The notes under the pieces are model-generated. The model had not been told where the DNA came from. It saw only the letters and a list, made by a program, of their open reading frames with translations, and searched no databases. Shown piece after piece: positions 1 through 9,578 of a stretch of 64,000 nucleotides of DNA. The stretch is from Yuukianura sp. NJ FZ-2021 (Eukaryota), in NCBI GenBank assembly GCA_046563655.1, contig CM102286.1, forward strand, positions 8,432,001 to 8,496,000. The letters run 5' to 3'. The position numbers were made by a program, and so were the translations under genes. Each line of letters begins with the position of its first letter. Within the stretch, counting starts at the first letter, position 1.

Positions 1-129
1 AATCAATTCGTAAGCATAGTCAATTCGTAACATTCGTTTTCGTAACCGCTGCATTTTCGTGATTCGTATTTTATGATTCATGCTTTACCTTTCGGGTTGA
101 CGTTAAATTTGGTCCCCACCCGTTCCAAT

Positions 130-196
130 TGTATCCACCTGGTGGATACATTTGTCCCCAGTTGGTGAGGGGGGGGGGGACAACTGTACCCACCAG
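130..196. repeat. Overlapping palindrome and inverted repeat inside the foldback-like element
   Basis: TGTATCCACC-T-GGTGGATACA (130-150) is a perfect 10-bp inverted repeat. CTGGTGGATACATTTGTCCCC (139-159) matches the reverse complement of GGGGACAACTGTACCCACCAG (176-196) at 19/21. Confidence 0.85.
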
Positions 197-1070
197 CTCT
201 AAACAACGAGTCCCCCTATCGGTTGGTGTCGACCTAACGAATTCGAGCCGGCAACGTTGTAGTGTTGCTCAATTGTACCAAGAAGTTTCAGGCTCAAATT
301 GCACGAGGAAATTTCGCTGCAGTTTCCGCGCCGAAGGCGCGGCATTAGGTCTGGTAAAGCACGAAATAGTGATTACGTCTGTAGGTTTGGTTGTCTACCT
401 AACCTGACCTAACGCAATATGAAAATAGATTCTTAGGTTTTTCTACTTGCGAATTTGCTGTGCTTACCAATTTGCTGTGCTTACGAATTTGCTGCTTAGG
501 AATTGCTTTTGCTTACGAATTGGGTTGCTTACGAATTGACTGCTTACCCTATTTGCACATAAGCTCCTGGGAACGTCCGATTAGAGTCCCAAAATACTAT
601 TCGGGACGTGAGCAGTTTGTTCTCTCCACCGGACCTCCCTCGTATTTTCGCATTAGAACATGTCCGAGGAAATTAATGAATCTCCCAATAATGTCCCAGG
701 GATGACCCGCACGGAATCAAATAAAGTCATGTGACTTTTGCCCCTACGCAGTTTAATTTTAACTTTCCAGATGATCCTAACGCATTACATCACCATTTGC
801 TCACTGCTTTTGTCTATTCTGTCTCAAGTCAGTATGAATTTAATATAATTCTAAACATCAACTAATTTAGTTAAAGTTAACTCATTTGGAGATTGTTGTC
901 GCAGCACTAGAGAAAACAACAGTGTACAGGAATTCACACGGATACGATTACTTCGGTAAGTATGTCAAAATCTTTAATACGATTAATTTCAAGTATACCA
1001 CTCAGACTTTGCACTCATGTGTTTATACAGCAATTATATTTCGGTTAATTTGAGATTATTGTTTCATTAG

Positions 1071-1969
1071 TGGTTTGCCGAAAATTATACGTACAACCCT
1101 TTCCAAGTCTCCCGACTAAGATGATTCTGACGAAAACTTTGGCTTAGTTTTGGTAAATCACACTTCTCAAATTCCTGTGACCGTGGACAAACCAAAACCA
1201 TCAAATCGATCTGAGGTAGTTACTACCAAACGCACTCGCCTAAATTTTGAAACCAACCTTGAGAGTACGACTGAATGGACAATTAAAAGTAAGTAGAATC
1301 CTCATGCCACTGTTTCTACTTACAGTTCATTTTAGTTCATTACAGTTCATTATTTCAATTTTATTTTACCATGTTAGGTCTAGAAGAGTATGTTGTAAAG
1401 GGATTTACAATACTAAACGAGCGACAGAAGCAAATTGACGAAAAGTTGTCCATTTTATTGGCAAACAGAGACAGGCACATGACTCATCTTCCGCTACAAT
1501 TGTTTGAAAAAGCAAGCGACATTGCAACGTGTGACGAGCTTGAGCTGAAACTTACTGAAGAGGAGTTCAGACAATCAGCGGTAAGTCTGTTCAGCGTTTC
1601 GTTGTAAATAAGAATGCAAAAACTGTTCTAACACTATTCTCGTTTGATAGATTGCAAAGCTACTGGAGTTAGGAGGAAACAGCTGCTACGAAACTGTAAG
1701 AGGGATAATGACAGCACTTTGGACCGAGGACTTGCTTAGACAGTTTAGTCTTCACGGGAGAAAAGGAAAAAGGCCATATTTACAAACACAAGCTTACCAA
1801 TTGGTACTCTGTAAGTTATTTCTAAAATTTCGGTGATTTGGATTAGAAACTGAGATTTCATAGGTTTACTTTTTCTTTGATTTCAGATTGTGCTAAACTT
1901 AACATGAGGGTGAAGATGGATGACGCGGAGATACGGAAGGCAATTTCCAGTGTTTTTAGGCATACTTAA
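1071..1969 (+). pseudogene. Spliced DUF4806-like gene (transposon accessory protein), probably disabled; exons 1071-1288, 1378-1580, 1651-1810, 1887-1969, and a further upstream exon ending at 955
   Basis: Four GTAAGT donors (956, 1289, 1581, 1811) and AG acceptors (ending 1070, 1377, 1650, 1886); the last three introns are phase-compatible. Spliced peptide: ...SLEEYVVKGFTILNERQKQIDEKLSILL...CDELELKLTEEEFRQSA/IAKLLELGGNSCYETVRGIMTALWTEDLLRQFSLHGRKGKRPYLQTQAYQLVL/YCAKLNMRVKMDDAEIRKAISSVFRHT*. The LxxxGG...VRxIM...SxxGRKGK pattern is what I recognise as DUF4806. In-frame TAA at 1117-1119; no in-frame upstream ATG found. Confidence 0.75.
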
Positions 1970-2007
1970 TACTCTTGCCATCATTCACAAGCAATCCTTT
2001 ATATTAA

Positions 2008-2013
2008 AATAAA
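2008..2013 (+). promoter_or_regulatory. Candidate polyadenylation signal of the DUF4806-like gene
   Basis: AATAAA ~40 nt after the TAA stop at 1967-1969, followed by T-rich sequence. A chance match is possible in AT-rich DNA. Confidence 0.4.
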
Positions 2014-3518
2014 ATTATTTTTGTCAAAAAAATGTAAACTTTGATTTTATTTATTATTTTTCGCGCGTTTAGAATGTACACGTGGGTTAGCTCCATGGTA
2101 CATCCCAAAACGATCTCCCATGGAGCAAAAAGAAGTTGGTCCCAGGGAGTTTGAAAAGTGGGCATTTCGGATGTTTACAGGCAGTTATAGGGAGTTTCAG
2201 AATATCCCTGGGATTTGATTGGGACATTCGGTTAAAATCCACGGGATGTTCATGGGACGAAGTTGTGCTAACTGGGTACGGATTGGGATGCTTACGAATT
2301 AACTGCTTACGAAATTGAGCTTACGAATTGACCTGGAACCATGTTGTATAGCTACTTTGCTCTACTTTAGTAAGTTCATCTGATTTGGATGCTTATTCCT
2401 TGGCTTCCATAGTAATTTAGTGCTACGGCATTATTACCCAGTTGACAGATTACAGCTGGAAACGTATGCTGTTCCGACGTTAGTACCAACTTTTAAAAAA
2501 AGTAATTCGTAGTTGAAGCTCACACCATATAAGACTAGTAAGGAAGTAACGAGCAACGCTTTGCTATTATTCTTAAACGTCAGTTGTTTCAATTTTACTG
2601 CATAACTTTCCCAAGAGATTCGAATATGCCTTCCTAAACAGCAATTTGCGAATAAAGTTCTCGTTGTCAATTGGTTTAATTTCTTTTCTAAAGTTTTAGT
2701 TTTATAATCGTTATTAAGATTCTACCTTAGAAAACAAATGGTGTTGTCAACACTTTGAATCATTAGAATCATAGCACTACGTTCCAATAATGCACTGTTG
2801 CTGGGAATATAGTAGTAGGTTTGAATTATTTTCGTACCTTACACAGGAAGCAAAAGTGACTGTGAGATGTGACGTTGTTGGATCTGCGCATTTAGGGAAA
2901 GGTGAAAGTTGACATTTCTTTGAAGGAACGACAACACAAAAGCTGTTTCTTGTACTTTTGTACCTTAGAACGCCGATGCAGGCACAAGTAAAATTCCGAA
3001 ATAATTTGTTAAAGTACGGTTCTATGTGCATTCCATTTACCTAGGCATTATGAATATAAATTTATTACATTCCTGTACATAAGTTTTTTTATCTACGAGC
3101 GTAAACTCGTATAATAATATCATGCAGCTTTGTAAGCTAGCTTTAACTTTCATTTTTCAGCTAGTTTTTTAAATTCAATGTTGACCAAGCTATAATGTGG
3201 GTCTCCATTGAGTATGAATGTGCTTTTATGTAGAATAGTCAAAATTCAATTAAGCGTTCGGGTTGAAACACTCGAAACTTCAGAAAATACCTATTTTCAA
3301 TCAGAGATGCTTTAATTAAAATATAAAATGGAACCTCTGTCATCTGCCGTTTATGTTTTTCCGCTATGGTTAAGGTTAAAAAAACCCAGGGTCAAAAATC
3401 ATATTATTGGAAGCCTAACAAATGTAAGAGAAATACTGACTGTCAAACTTACCAGTAGTAGGTGACTCAAGTTGTATTCCCTTAATTCCGGCCCTTCCAT
3501 TTTCAGTCACTGTATTTT

Positions 3519-3551
3519 CAACCACAACACCCACACCACCCACACCACCAA
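3519..3551. repeat. Short C/A low-complexity repeat
   Basis: CAACCACAACACCCACACCACCCACACCACCAA read directly. Confidence 0.7.
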
Positions 3552-4721
3552 CATTACTTTGTTCACAACCCATACTAGACTCTAGATAAAATTGGAAAAT
3601 AGAAGCTGCGCAAATAAATTATGCCGAAATCCAGGTGTCTAAAACAAAAATACGACCAGTGAAGCGATGACCGGACCAGTGATTCCGTGTTTTCAATGCT
3701 CATAAGAAACATTGAAGAAATTGCTACTGGGAAACTCTGCTTCCTTTGTTTCAACGGCTGGAGAAAGGAAGCACTGCTCGGGACTCCAAACTTTAGCTTC
3801 CAGGAACTGACTGGCAATTTAGCTTATCTCCATCGAATCCTGTTGCATATCCAGATTTCTATTGTATTTTTTTGTTCCGAATGGCTTGGACTTTTCTTCT
3901 CAGCACCTTTAGTGGAGTGATGTGGGTGAAAGCACCTGGGTTGCATTTTCTGGAATGAAACCAGGCCAACGTACACAACTATATGAAGGAGAACCAAGAC
4001 AATCGTGGCTAAATCCCGGGGCTCCTTTGTAAGGACATGGACTATATTGGTTCGCTTGGAATTCCCTGACGGCAGCGAGCTAAAGCCCATCGAAAAAAGT
4101 ACAATTCCGCCGGGAGCTTCGGATTGACTAAAACTATAGTAATAAGCGGCAAAGTAGAAGAGAATTTACGAGGATTCACTTGGACACGTATTTTATTTGG
4201 GAACAATAATATTGTACTTATAATTAATTATTTACCAGCTTTGCTGCGCAAAGCTTGCTGGGCCCAGACACGTTCAATCGTTCTAATCACAATTTAGGAT
4301 AAGAATACTATAATTTGTCTTTTTTTTTTTAGTAGGCGGTTTTCAAATTTGAAAACAATTCCAGTTGCCTTATGGACCGTTGACATAGAAATTATCAATT
4401 TTGTGAAATTTTGTGTACAAACCTATCTACTTAAGAATCAGGAATACCTAGAAAGAAGATAGGTTAAGGAGAAATTTTATGTATTCCTGACACTTAGGTA
4501 GATTTCAGCAAAAAGAAATTTTAGGTATTCCTGAGACTTATAGGTGTTTTCCTTACTCATGAAAAATTGAAAATTTGCAAAATATTGTTTTTTGAAAACA
4601 ACATCGCACCTTCTACCTTCCTAGAGGAGGAAAAGGTCAGGATTAGGCTAACAAATTCTCAAAAATGTGTTTTCCTTATTCATGAAAAATGGAAATTTTC
4701 CAAGATATTGCTGTTGTTTTT

Positions 4722-5579
4722 TTGATGAAATCTTGCCAAGTCCCATCAATATCTAAAATTTTTTCTTGATGAAATCTAGCTATGTATGTATGTATGTTTT
4801 TCAGGAGGGGGCTACGCCGAGGCTTAGCCCGCACCGATGAGGCGCACTTAGACGGGCCTATTTCAGTAACTCCATTAGGGACATACTGTTTGAGTTCGGG
4901 CTGCCTTTAACCGGTTATCATTTCTTTCACTGGGTATTCAGCAGTCTGAGAGGGGAAGGATATGCCCAGAAACTCATCCACCTCGAGCTTCTGGCTTTTC
5001 GTATTTAAATTATCTTATTTCTCATAAGACAGACGAATTGCCTCCGCTCATCAACATATTATAATCTTGCGAGGGACTGCTGCCTTGCATACTATTACTT
5101 GACGCGGCAGGACGACGGATCGAGTCCATCTCCCTGCGTTGACTTTTTCATAGGCTTAGCAGACAATCTCAGGTAGACAGTGGAAAAGGATGGGAGCCTT
5201 AACCACTGAGCTACTCGCCCGCCATAAATCTAAGTCCCATCAATATCTAAAATTTTTTCTTGATGAAATCTAGCTAAGTCTCATGAATATCTAAAATTTC
5301 TTCCTGACGAAATGTAGCTAAGTCTCGTGAGTATTTAAAATTTCTTCTTGATGAAATGTAGCTAAGTCTCGTGAATATTTAAAATTCTTCTTGATGAAAT
5401 CTAGCTAAGTCCCATCAATATCTCAAATTTTTACTTGATGAAATCTTGCTAAGTGCCGTCAATATCTAATATTTTTAATTGATAAAATCTTGCTAAGTCC
5501 CATCAATATCTAAAATTTTTACTTGATGAAATCTTGCTAAGTCCCATCAATATCTAGAATTTTTGCTTGATGCAATCTA
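4722..5579. repeat. ~40-bp minisatellite (TTGATGAAATCT(A/T)GCTAAGTCCCATCAATATCTAAAATTTTT(T/A)C), about 10 units, interrupted by a SINE at 4781-5223
   Basis: About 1.5 units at 4722-4780 and about 9 units at ~5230-5579, read directly. Confidence 0.9.
4781..5223 (-). mobile_element. tRNA-derived SINE (~443 bp) with (ACAT)n tail
   Basis: The minus strand starts GGCGGGCGAGTAGCTCAGTGGTTAAGG (A box TAGCTCAGTGG, 5203-5213). A degenerate B box/T-arm GATGG-ACTCGAT-CCGTC (~5114-5130) is followed by GTCCTGCC, partly complementary to the 5' end. The 3' tail is (CATA)4 at 4781-4796. It is a GC-richer island that interrupts a minisatellite unit. TSD ambiguous. Confidence 0.8.
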
Positions 5580-5947
5580 CCCCAGCAGCAAGCTCTATTC
5601 CTAGGAATTCCCCAAATGTTCTCAAAACAGAACAAGTTGGGAATTCCTTATGTCGGAATTCGTTAGAATTCACATGAAGTGCAAATAGGAGAGTTTTTTT
5701 TGCGAGAACACAATCTACTTCCAAAGAATGGTTTTTAAAAGAAGTCCTGAGATGTGCCTGTTTTTTTTCAGGCAAAGGGAATTCTTTTGAAGTCTAAGGA
5801 ATTCGAAGTGGAAATTTGTGCTTTAAATAAGACTTCCATGGAATTGAAAAAATTGTATTGCATTTGAATTTCCCAAAAGAATTCTTCAGTGTTCCTGCGA
5901 AGGTACACGAACCGTTGACTTTCCATATGTTCTTTTGTACTTTTAGG
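5580..5947 (+). mobile_element. Probable truncated left end of a second CCC-type (CACTA/EnSpm-like) element; duplicated at 7574-7941
   Basis: The minisatellite breaks off at ...AATCTA| and is followed by CCCCAGCAGCAAG and at least 7 GAATTC-core repeats (e.g. ~5604, 5640, 5655, 5666, 5778, 5798, 5879). No matching right end seen. Confidence 0.45.
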
Positions 5948-7216
5948 TTTAGTCTTCTGGAGACGCACGTCTACGACGTGCTGAAGAAGACTATTGATAC
6001 GACTTTGTCCGTCCGTCCGTCTGTCACATTTTTAGGATACTTTGCACTGAAACATAAGCCCCAATTTGTTCGGGGGGTTATGTTTGGCTCAAGTGTTTTC
6101 ATTAGGTCTACATTGCACTAAAACTGTAGAATTAACAGCGTAGAAATGGGCGGCCACGTTACGCACACGCAGTGTAGTCGTTTCCCGAAAACATTTTGGT
6201 TTCGATTACACTCAAAATATATTTAAACAACGAAGTTTTGACCCTGTCATTTGCTGACAGTATGTCTATTCACATTGTTAATTTAAGCCTAGTTAGAAGG
6301 TAGAAAATCCGGCTTAAATGCTTAACATGTGAATAGTGAATGAAAGGGTTAAATTTGCATTCACAAGTCAATTTTTATGATTTGGATTTTAAAGAAACGA
6401 TATTCGACTTCTACCCCACAACGTACAATTTGGTGCATGATGCACACAATTGAAGGTTTGTGCAGGTTTGAGAACTACGTTGAGCATTGCCATGACAACA
6501 TCGACAATAAATTATGTGCATCTTCCTCAAACAAGGTAGGGCGATGCTCAAGGGTTGAGCATTGGTCTTCTGGAGGGAGTTGGAAATTGATACGGCTTTT
6601 AACCGGCTGTCCGCAAACGCGTTCAAGAACCACGTTAAGAAACCGTTTTCACGAGGTTTATGCAACGAAGGGTCGCTCATAATGTTCAGTGCAGATGTGG
6701 GGCCTTCTTGCACACAATTGCACCAAAATGTGAAAAAAACCGTTTTCATAAAATTGTTGTGCAACTTGAGCTCTGAGCAGTTTTCATTCTCTTCAAAATT
6801 ATTTTGATGCACAATGTTTTCACATCGAATGGTTCTCAAGTGTGCACAAGATTAGAATGCCCTTAAATCTATTTATGTGAATGTACAAGTATTCGGATGT
6901 AATCACCATGCTAAAAGATGTGTGTATTGTGTATAGTTGTTCTACAGTATGCACAAATTCTGAAATAGCAACGTTCATTACCCGGCGTCAAAATACCGCG
7001 CAATTCGGCATTTATGTGCATCTACTGATAAGTGTGCACAGAATTGACGTTGAGGGGCAGGGGTCGACTGCAGCTTTTCTGAATCGAAATCGGTTCAAAT
7101 AAATGCATAAACTTATAGAGTCAAATTTCGTTTGTTAAATTCAACATTATAAAAATTTCTTGAGAAAATAAATTTGACCCCTGTCATTCACTATCACATA
7201 TTAAACATTTAAGCCG
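5948..7216 (+). mobile_element. Helentron-associated non-autonomous element (HINE/DINE-1-like), copy 1, right part cut by the duplication junction
   Basis: Begins at a T-run with AGTCTTCT-GGAGAC-GCACGTC-TAC-GACGTGC-TGA-AGAAGACT (nested hairpin), followed by a (GTCC)n/GTCT microsatellite at ~6007-6026. This is the architecture of DINE-1/HINE 5' ends. Confidence 0.7.
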
Positions 7217-7242
7217 TTGAACATTTGAACCCTCCTATTCAA

Positions 7243-7573
7243 AAAATTTTTTCTTGATGAAATCTAGCTAAGTCTCATGAATATCTAAAATTTCTTCCTG
7301 ACGAAATGTAGCTAAGTCTCGTGAGTATTTAAAATTTCTTCTTGATGAAATGTAGCTAAGTCTCGTGAATATTTAAAATTCTTCTTGATGAAATCTAGCT
7401 AAGTCCCATCAATATCTCAAATTTTTACTTGATGAAATCTTGCTAAGTGCCGTCAATATCTAATATTTTTAATTGATAAAATCTTGCTAAGTCCCATCAA
7501 TATCTAAAATTTTTACTTGATGAAATCTTGCTAAGTCCCATCAATATCTAGAATTTTTGCTTGATGCAATCTA
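7243..7573. repeat. Second copy of the ~40-bp minisatellite (part of the tandem duplication)
   Basis: Same unit order as 5249-5579 at offset 1994. Confidence 0.9.
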
Positions 7574-7941
7574 CCCCAGCAGCAAGCTCTATTCCTAGGA
7601 ATTCCCCAAATGTTCTCAAAACAGAACAAGTTGGGAATTCCTTATGTCGGAATTCGTTAGAATTCACATGAAGTGCAAATAGGAGAGTTTTTTTTGCGAG
7701 AACACAATCTACTTCCAAAGAATGGTTTTTAAAAGAAGTCCTGAGATGTGCCTGTTTTTTTTCAGGCAAAGGGAATTCTTTTGAAGTCTAAGGAATTCGA
7801 AGTGGAAATTTGTGCTTTAAATAAGACTTCCATGGAATTGAAAAAATTGTATTGCATTTGAATTTCCCAAAAGAATTCTTCAGTGTTCCTGCGAAGGTAC
7901 ACGAACCGTTGACTTTCCATATGTTCTTTTGTACTTTTAGG

Positions 7942-9576
7942 TTTAGTCTTCTGGAGACGCACGTCTACGACGTGCTGAAGAAGACTATTGATACGACTTT
8001 GTCCGTCCGTCCGTCTGTCACATTTTTAGGATACTTTGCACTGAAACATAAGCCCCAATTTGTTCGGGGGGTTATGTTTGGCTCAAGTGTTTTCATTAGG
8101 TCTACATTGCACTAAAACTGTAGAATTAACAGCGTAGAAATGGGCGGCCACGTTACGCACACGCAGTGTAGTCGTTTCCCGAAAACATTTTGGTTTCGAT
8201 TACACTCAAAATATATTTAAACAACGAAGTTTTGACCCTGTCATTTGCTGACAGTATGTCTATTCACATTGTTAATTTAAGCCTAGTTAGAAGGTAGAAA
8301 ATCCGGCTTAAATGCTTAACATGTGAATAGTGAATGAAAGGGGTTAAATTTGCATTCACAAGTCAATTTTTATGATTTGGATTTTAAAGAAACGATATTC
8401 GACTTCTACCCCACAACGTACAATTTGGTGCATGATGCACACAATTGAAGGTTTGTGCAGGTTTGAGAACTACGTTGAGCATTGCCATGACAACATCGAC
8501 AATAAATTATGTGCATCTTCCTCAAACAAGGTAGGGCGATGCTCAAGGGTTGAGCATTGGTCTTCTGGAGGGAGTTGGAAATTGATACGGCTTTTAACCG
8601 GCTGTCCGCAAACGCGTTCAAGAACCACGTTAAGAAACCGTTTTCACGAGGTTTATGCAACGAAGGGTCGCTCATAATGTTCAGTGCAGATGTGGGGCCT
8701 TCTTGCACACAATTGCACCAAAATGTGAAAAAAACCGTTTTCATAAAATTGTTGTGCAACTTGAGCTCTGAGCAGTTTTCATTCTCTTCAAAATTATTTT
8801 GATGCACAATGTTTTCACATCGAATGGTTCTCAAGTGTGCACAAGATTAGAATGCCCTTAAATCTATTTATGTGAATGTACAAGTATTCGGATGTAATCA
8901 CCATGCTAAAAGATGTGTGTATTGTGTATAGTTGTTCTACAGTATGCACAAATTCTGAAATAGCAACGTTCATTACCCGGCGTCAAAATACCGCGCAATT
9001 CGGCATTTATGTGCATCTACTGATAAGTGTGCACAGAATTGACGTTGAGGGGCAGGGGTCGACTGCAGCTTTTCTGAATCGAAATCGGTTCAAATAAATG
9101 CATAAACTTATAGAGTCAAATTTCGTTTGTTAAATTCAACATTATAAAAATTTCTTGAGAAAATAAATTTGACCCCTGTCATTCACTATCACATATTAAA
9201 CATTTAAGCCGGATTTTCTACCCTCTAATCTGTCTAAATTTAACAACGTAACTATACATAATGTCAGAAAATGAAAAGATCAAAACCTCGTTGTTAAAAA
9301 ACTTTTTGAGTATAATGTAGACCTAACACAAAAATTTTAGGACTTAAGAAACAGCAACGAGATTCTGCCGCAAACTTTGGCGTTGTTAATGTAAGACTTT
9401 GAGTGCAATGTAGACCTAATGAAACCACTTGAGCCGAACATAACCCCCCGACTGCGATGGGGCTAATGTTTCAGTGGAAAGGGTCGTAAAAAATGTGACA
9501 GACGGACAGACAGACAAAGTCGTATCAATAGTCTTCTTCAGCACGTCGTAGACGTGCGTCTCCAGAAGACTAAAAA
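7942..9576. mobile_element. Foldback structure made of two oppositely oriented HINE-like 5' ends (arms ~7942-8360 and ~9165-9576, weaker match inward to ~8430/9030)
   Basis: TTTAGTCTTCTGGAGACGCACGTCTACGACGTGCTGAAGAAGACTATTGATACGACTTTGTC at 7942 has its exact reverse complement ending at ~9574. Imperfect inverted similarity continues for ~400 bp (e.g. CATTAGGTCTACATTGCACT / AGTGCAATGTAGACCTAATG; GGTAGAAAATCCGGCTTAAATG / CATTTAAGCCGGATTTTCTACC). Confidence 0.75.
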
Positions 9577-9578
9577 TT

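Larger units (their letters stand above)
547..2276 (+). mobile_element. Non-autonomous CCC...GGG-terminated DNA transposon (animal CACTA/EnSpm-like) with TA target-site duplication
   Basis: Left end CCCTATTTGCACA (547-559) versus reverse complement of the right end CCCAGTTAGCACA (2264-2276), 10/13 identical. TA flanks both sides (545-546, 2277-2278). Dense GGGAC/GTCCC/GGGAT subterminal repeats at ~565-710 and ~2095-2260. It carries a DUF4806-like gene and no transposase. Confidence 0.75.
1..2340. mobile_element. Foldback/MITE-like non-autonomous DNA element with inverted arrays of short GCTTACGAATT repeats; left end outside the window; interrupted by the 547-2276 insertion
   Basis: CAATTCGTAAGC-type repeats at 1-30 are the reverse complement of GCTTACGAATTG-type repeats at ~445-546 and 2279-2331. 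The right array ends in ...GAATTGACCTGGAACC (2340). Removing 547-2276 plus one TA restores a contiguous repeat (GACTGCTTA|CGGATTGGGATGCTTACGAATT). An ACCTAACC-type motif lies at ~397-412. Superfamily not determinable. Confidence 0.6.
5249..9211. repeat. Near-identical ~1.97 kb tandem duplication (5249-7216 and 7243-9211)
   Basis: Identical sequence and identical ORF translations at offset 1994 (5554/7548, 5858/7852) and then 1995 (6377/8372, 6881/8876). The only difference I noticed is one extra G near 8340. A 26-nt junction lies at 7217-7242. Confidence 0.95.

Noticed and set aside
129..705. ORFs 129..407 and 460..705
   Set aside because: Non-ATG starts; they run through palindromes, short tandem repeats and a transposon junction; no recognisable domain.
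1371..1607. 78-aa ORF as a standalone gene
   Set aside because: Its ATG lies in the intron acceptor region and its tail reads into the next intron; it is exon 1378-1580 of the spliced gene.
2435..2460. TA|CCCAGTTGACAGA as a third CCC-type transposon left end
   Set aside because: It resembles the 2264-2276 terminus, but I found no convincing matching right end or clear subterminal repeat array, so it is too weak to call.
5106..5223. Functional tRNA gene
   Set aside because: B box is degenerate (GGACTCGATCC), acceptor stem imperfect, no definable anticodon loop, and it is attached to a body and tail typical of a SINE.
4722..7573. 40-bp repeats as a CRISPR array or iterons
   Set aside because: Units are directly adjacent with no spacers; this is an ordinary minisatellite.
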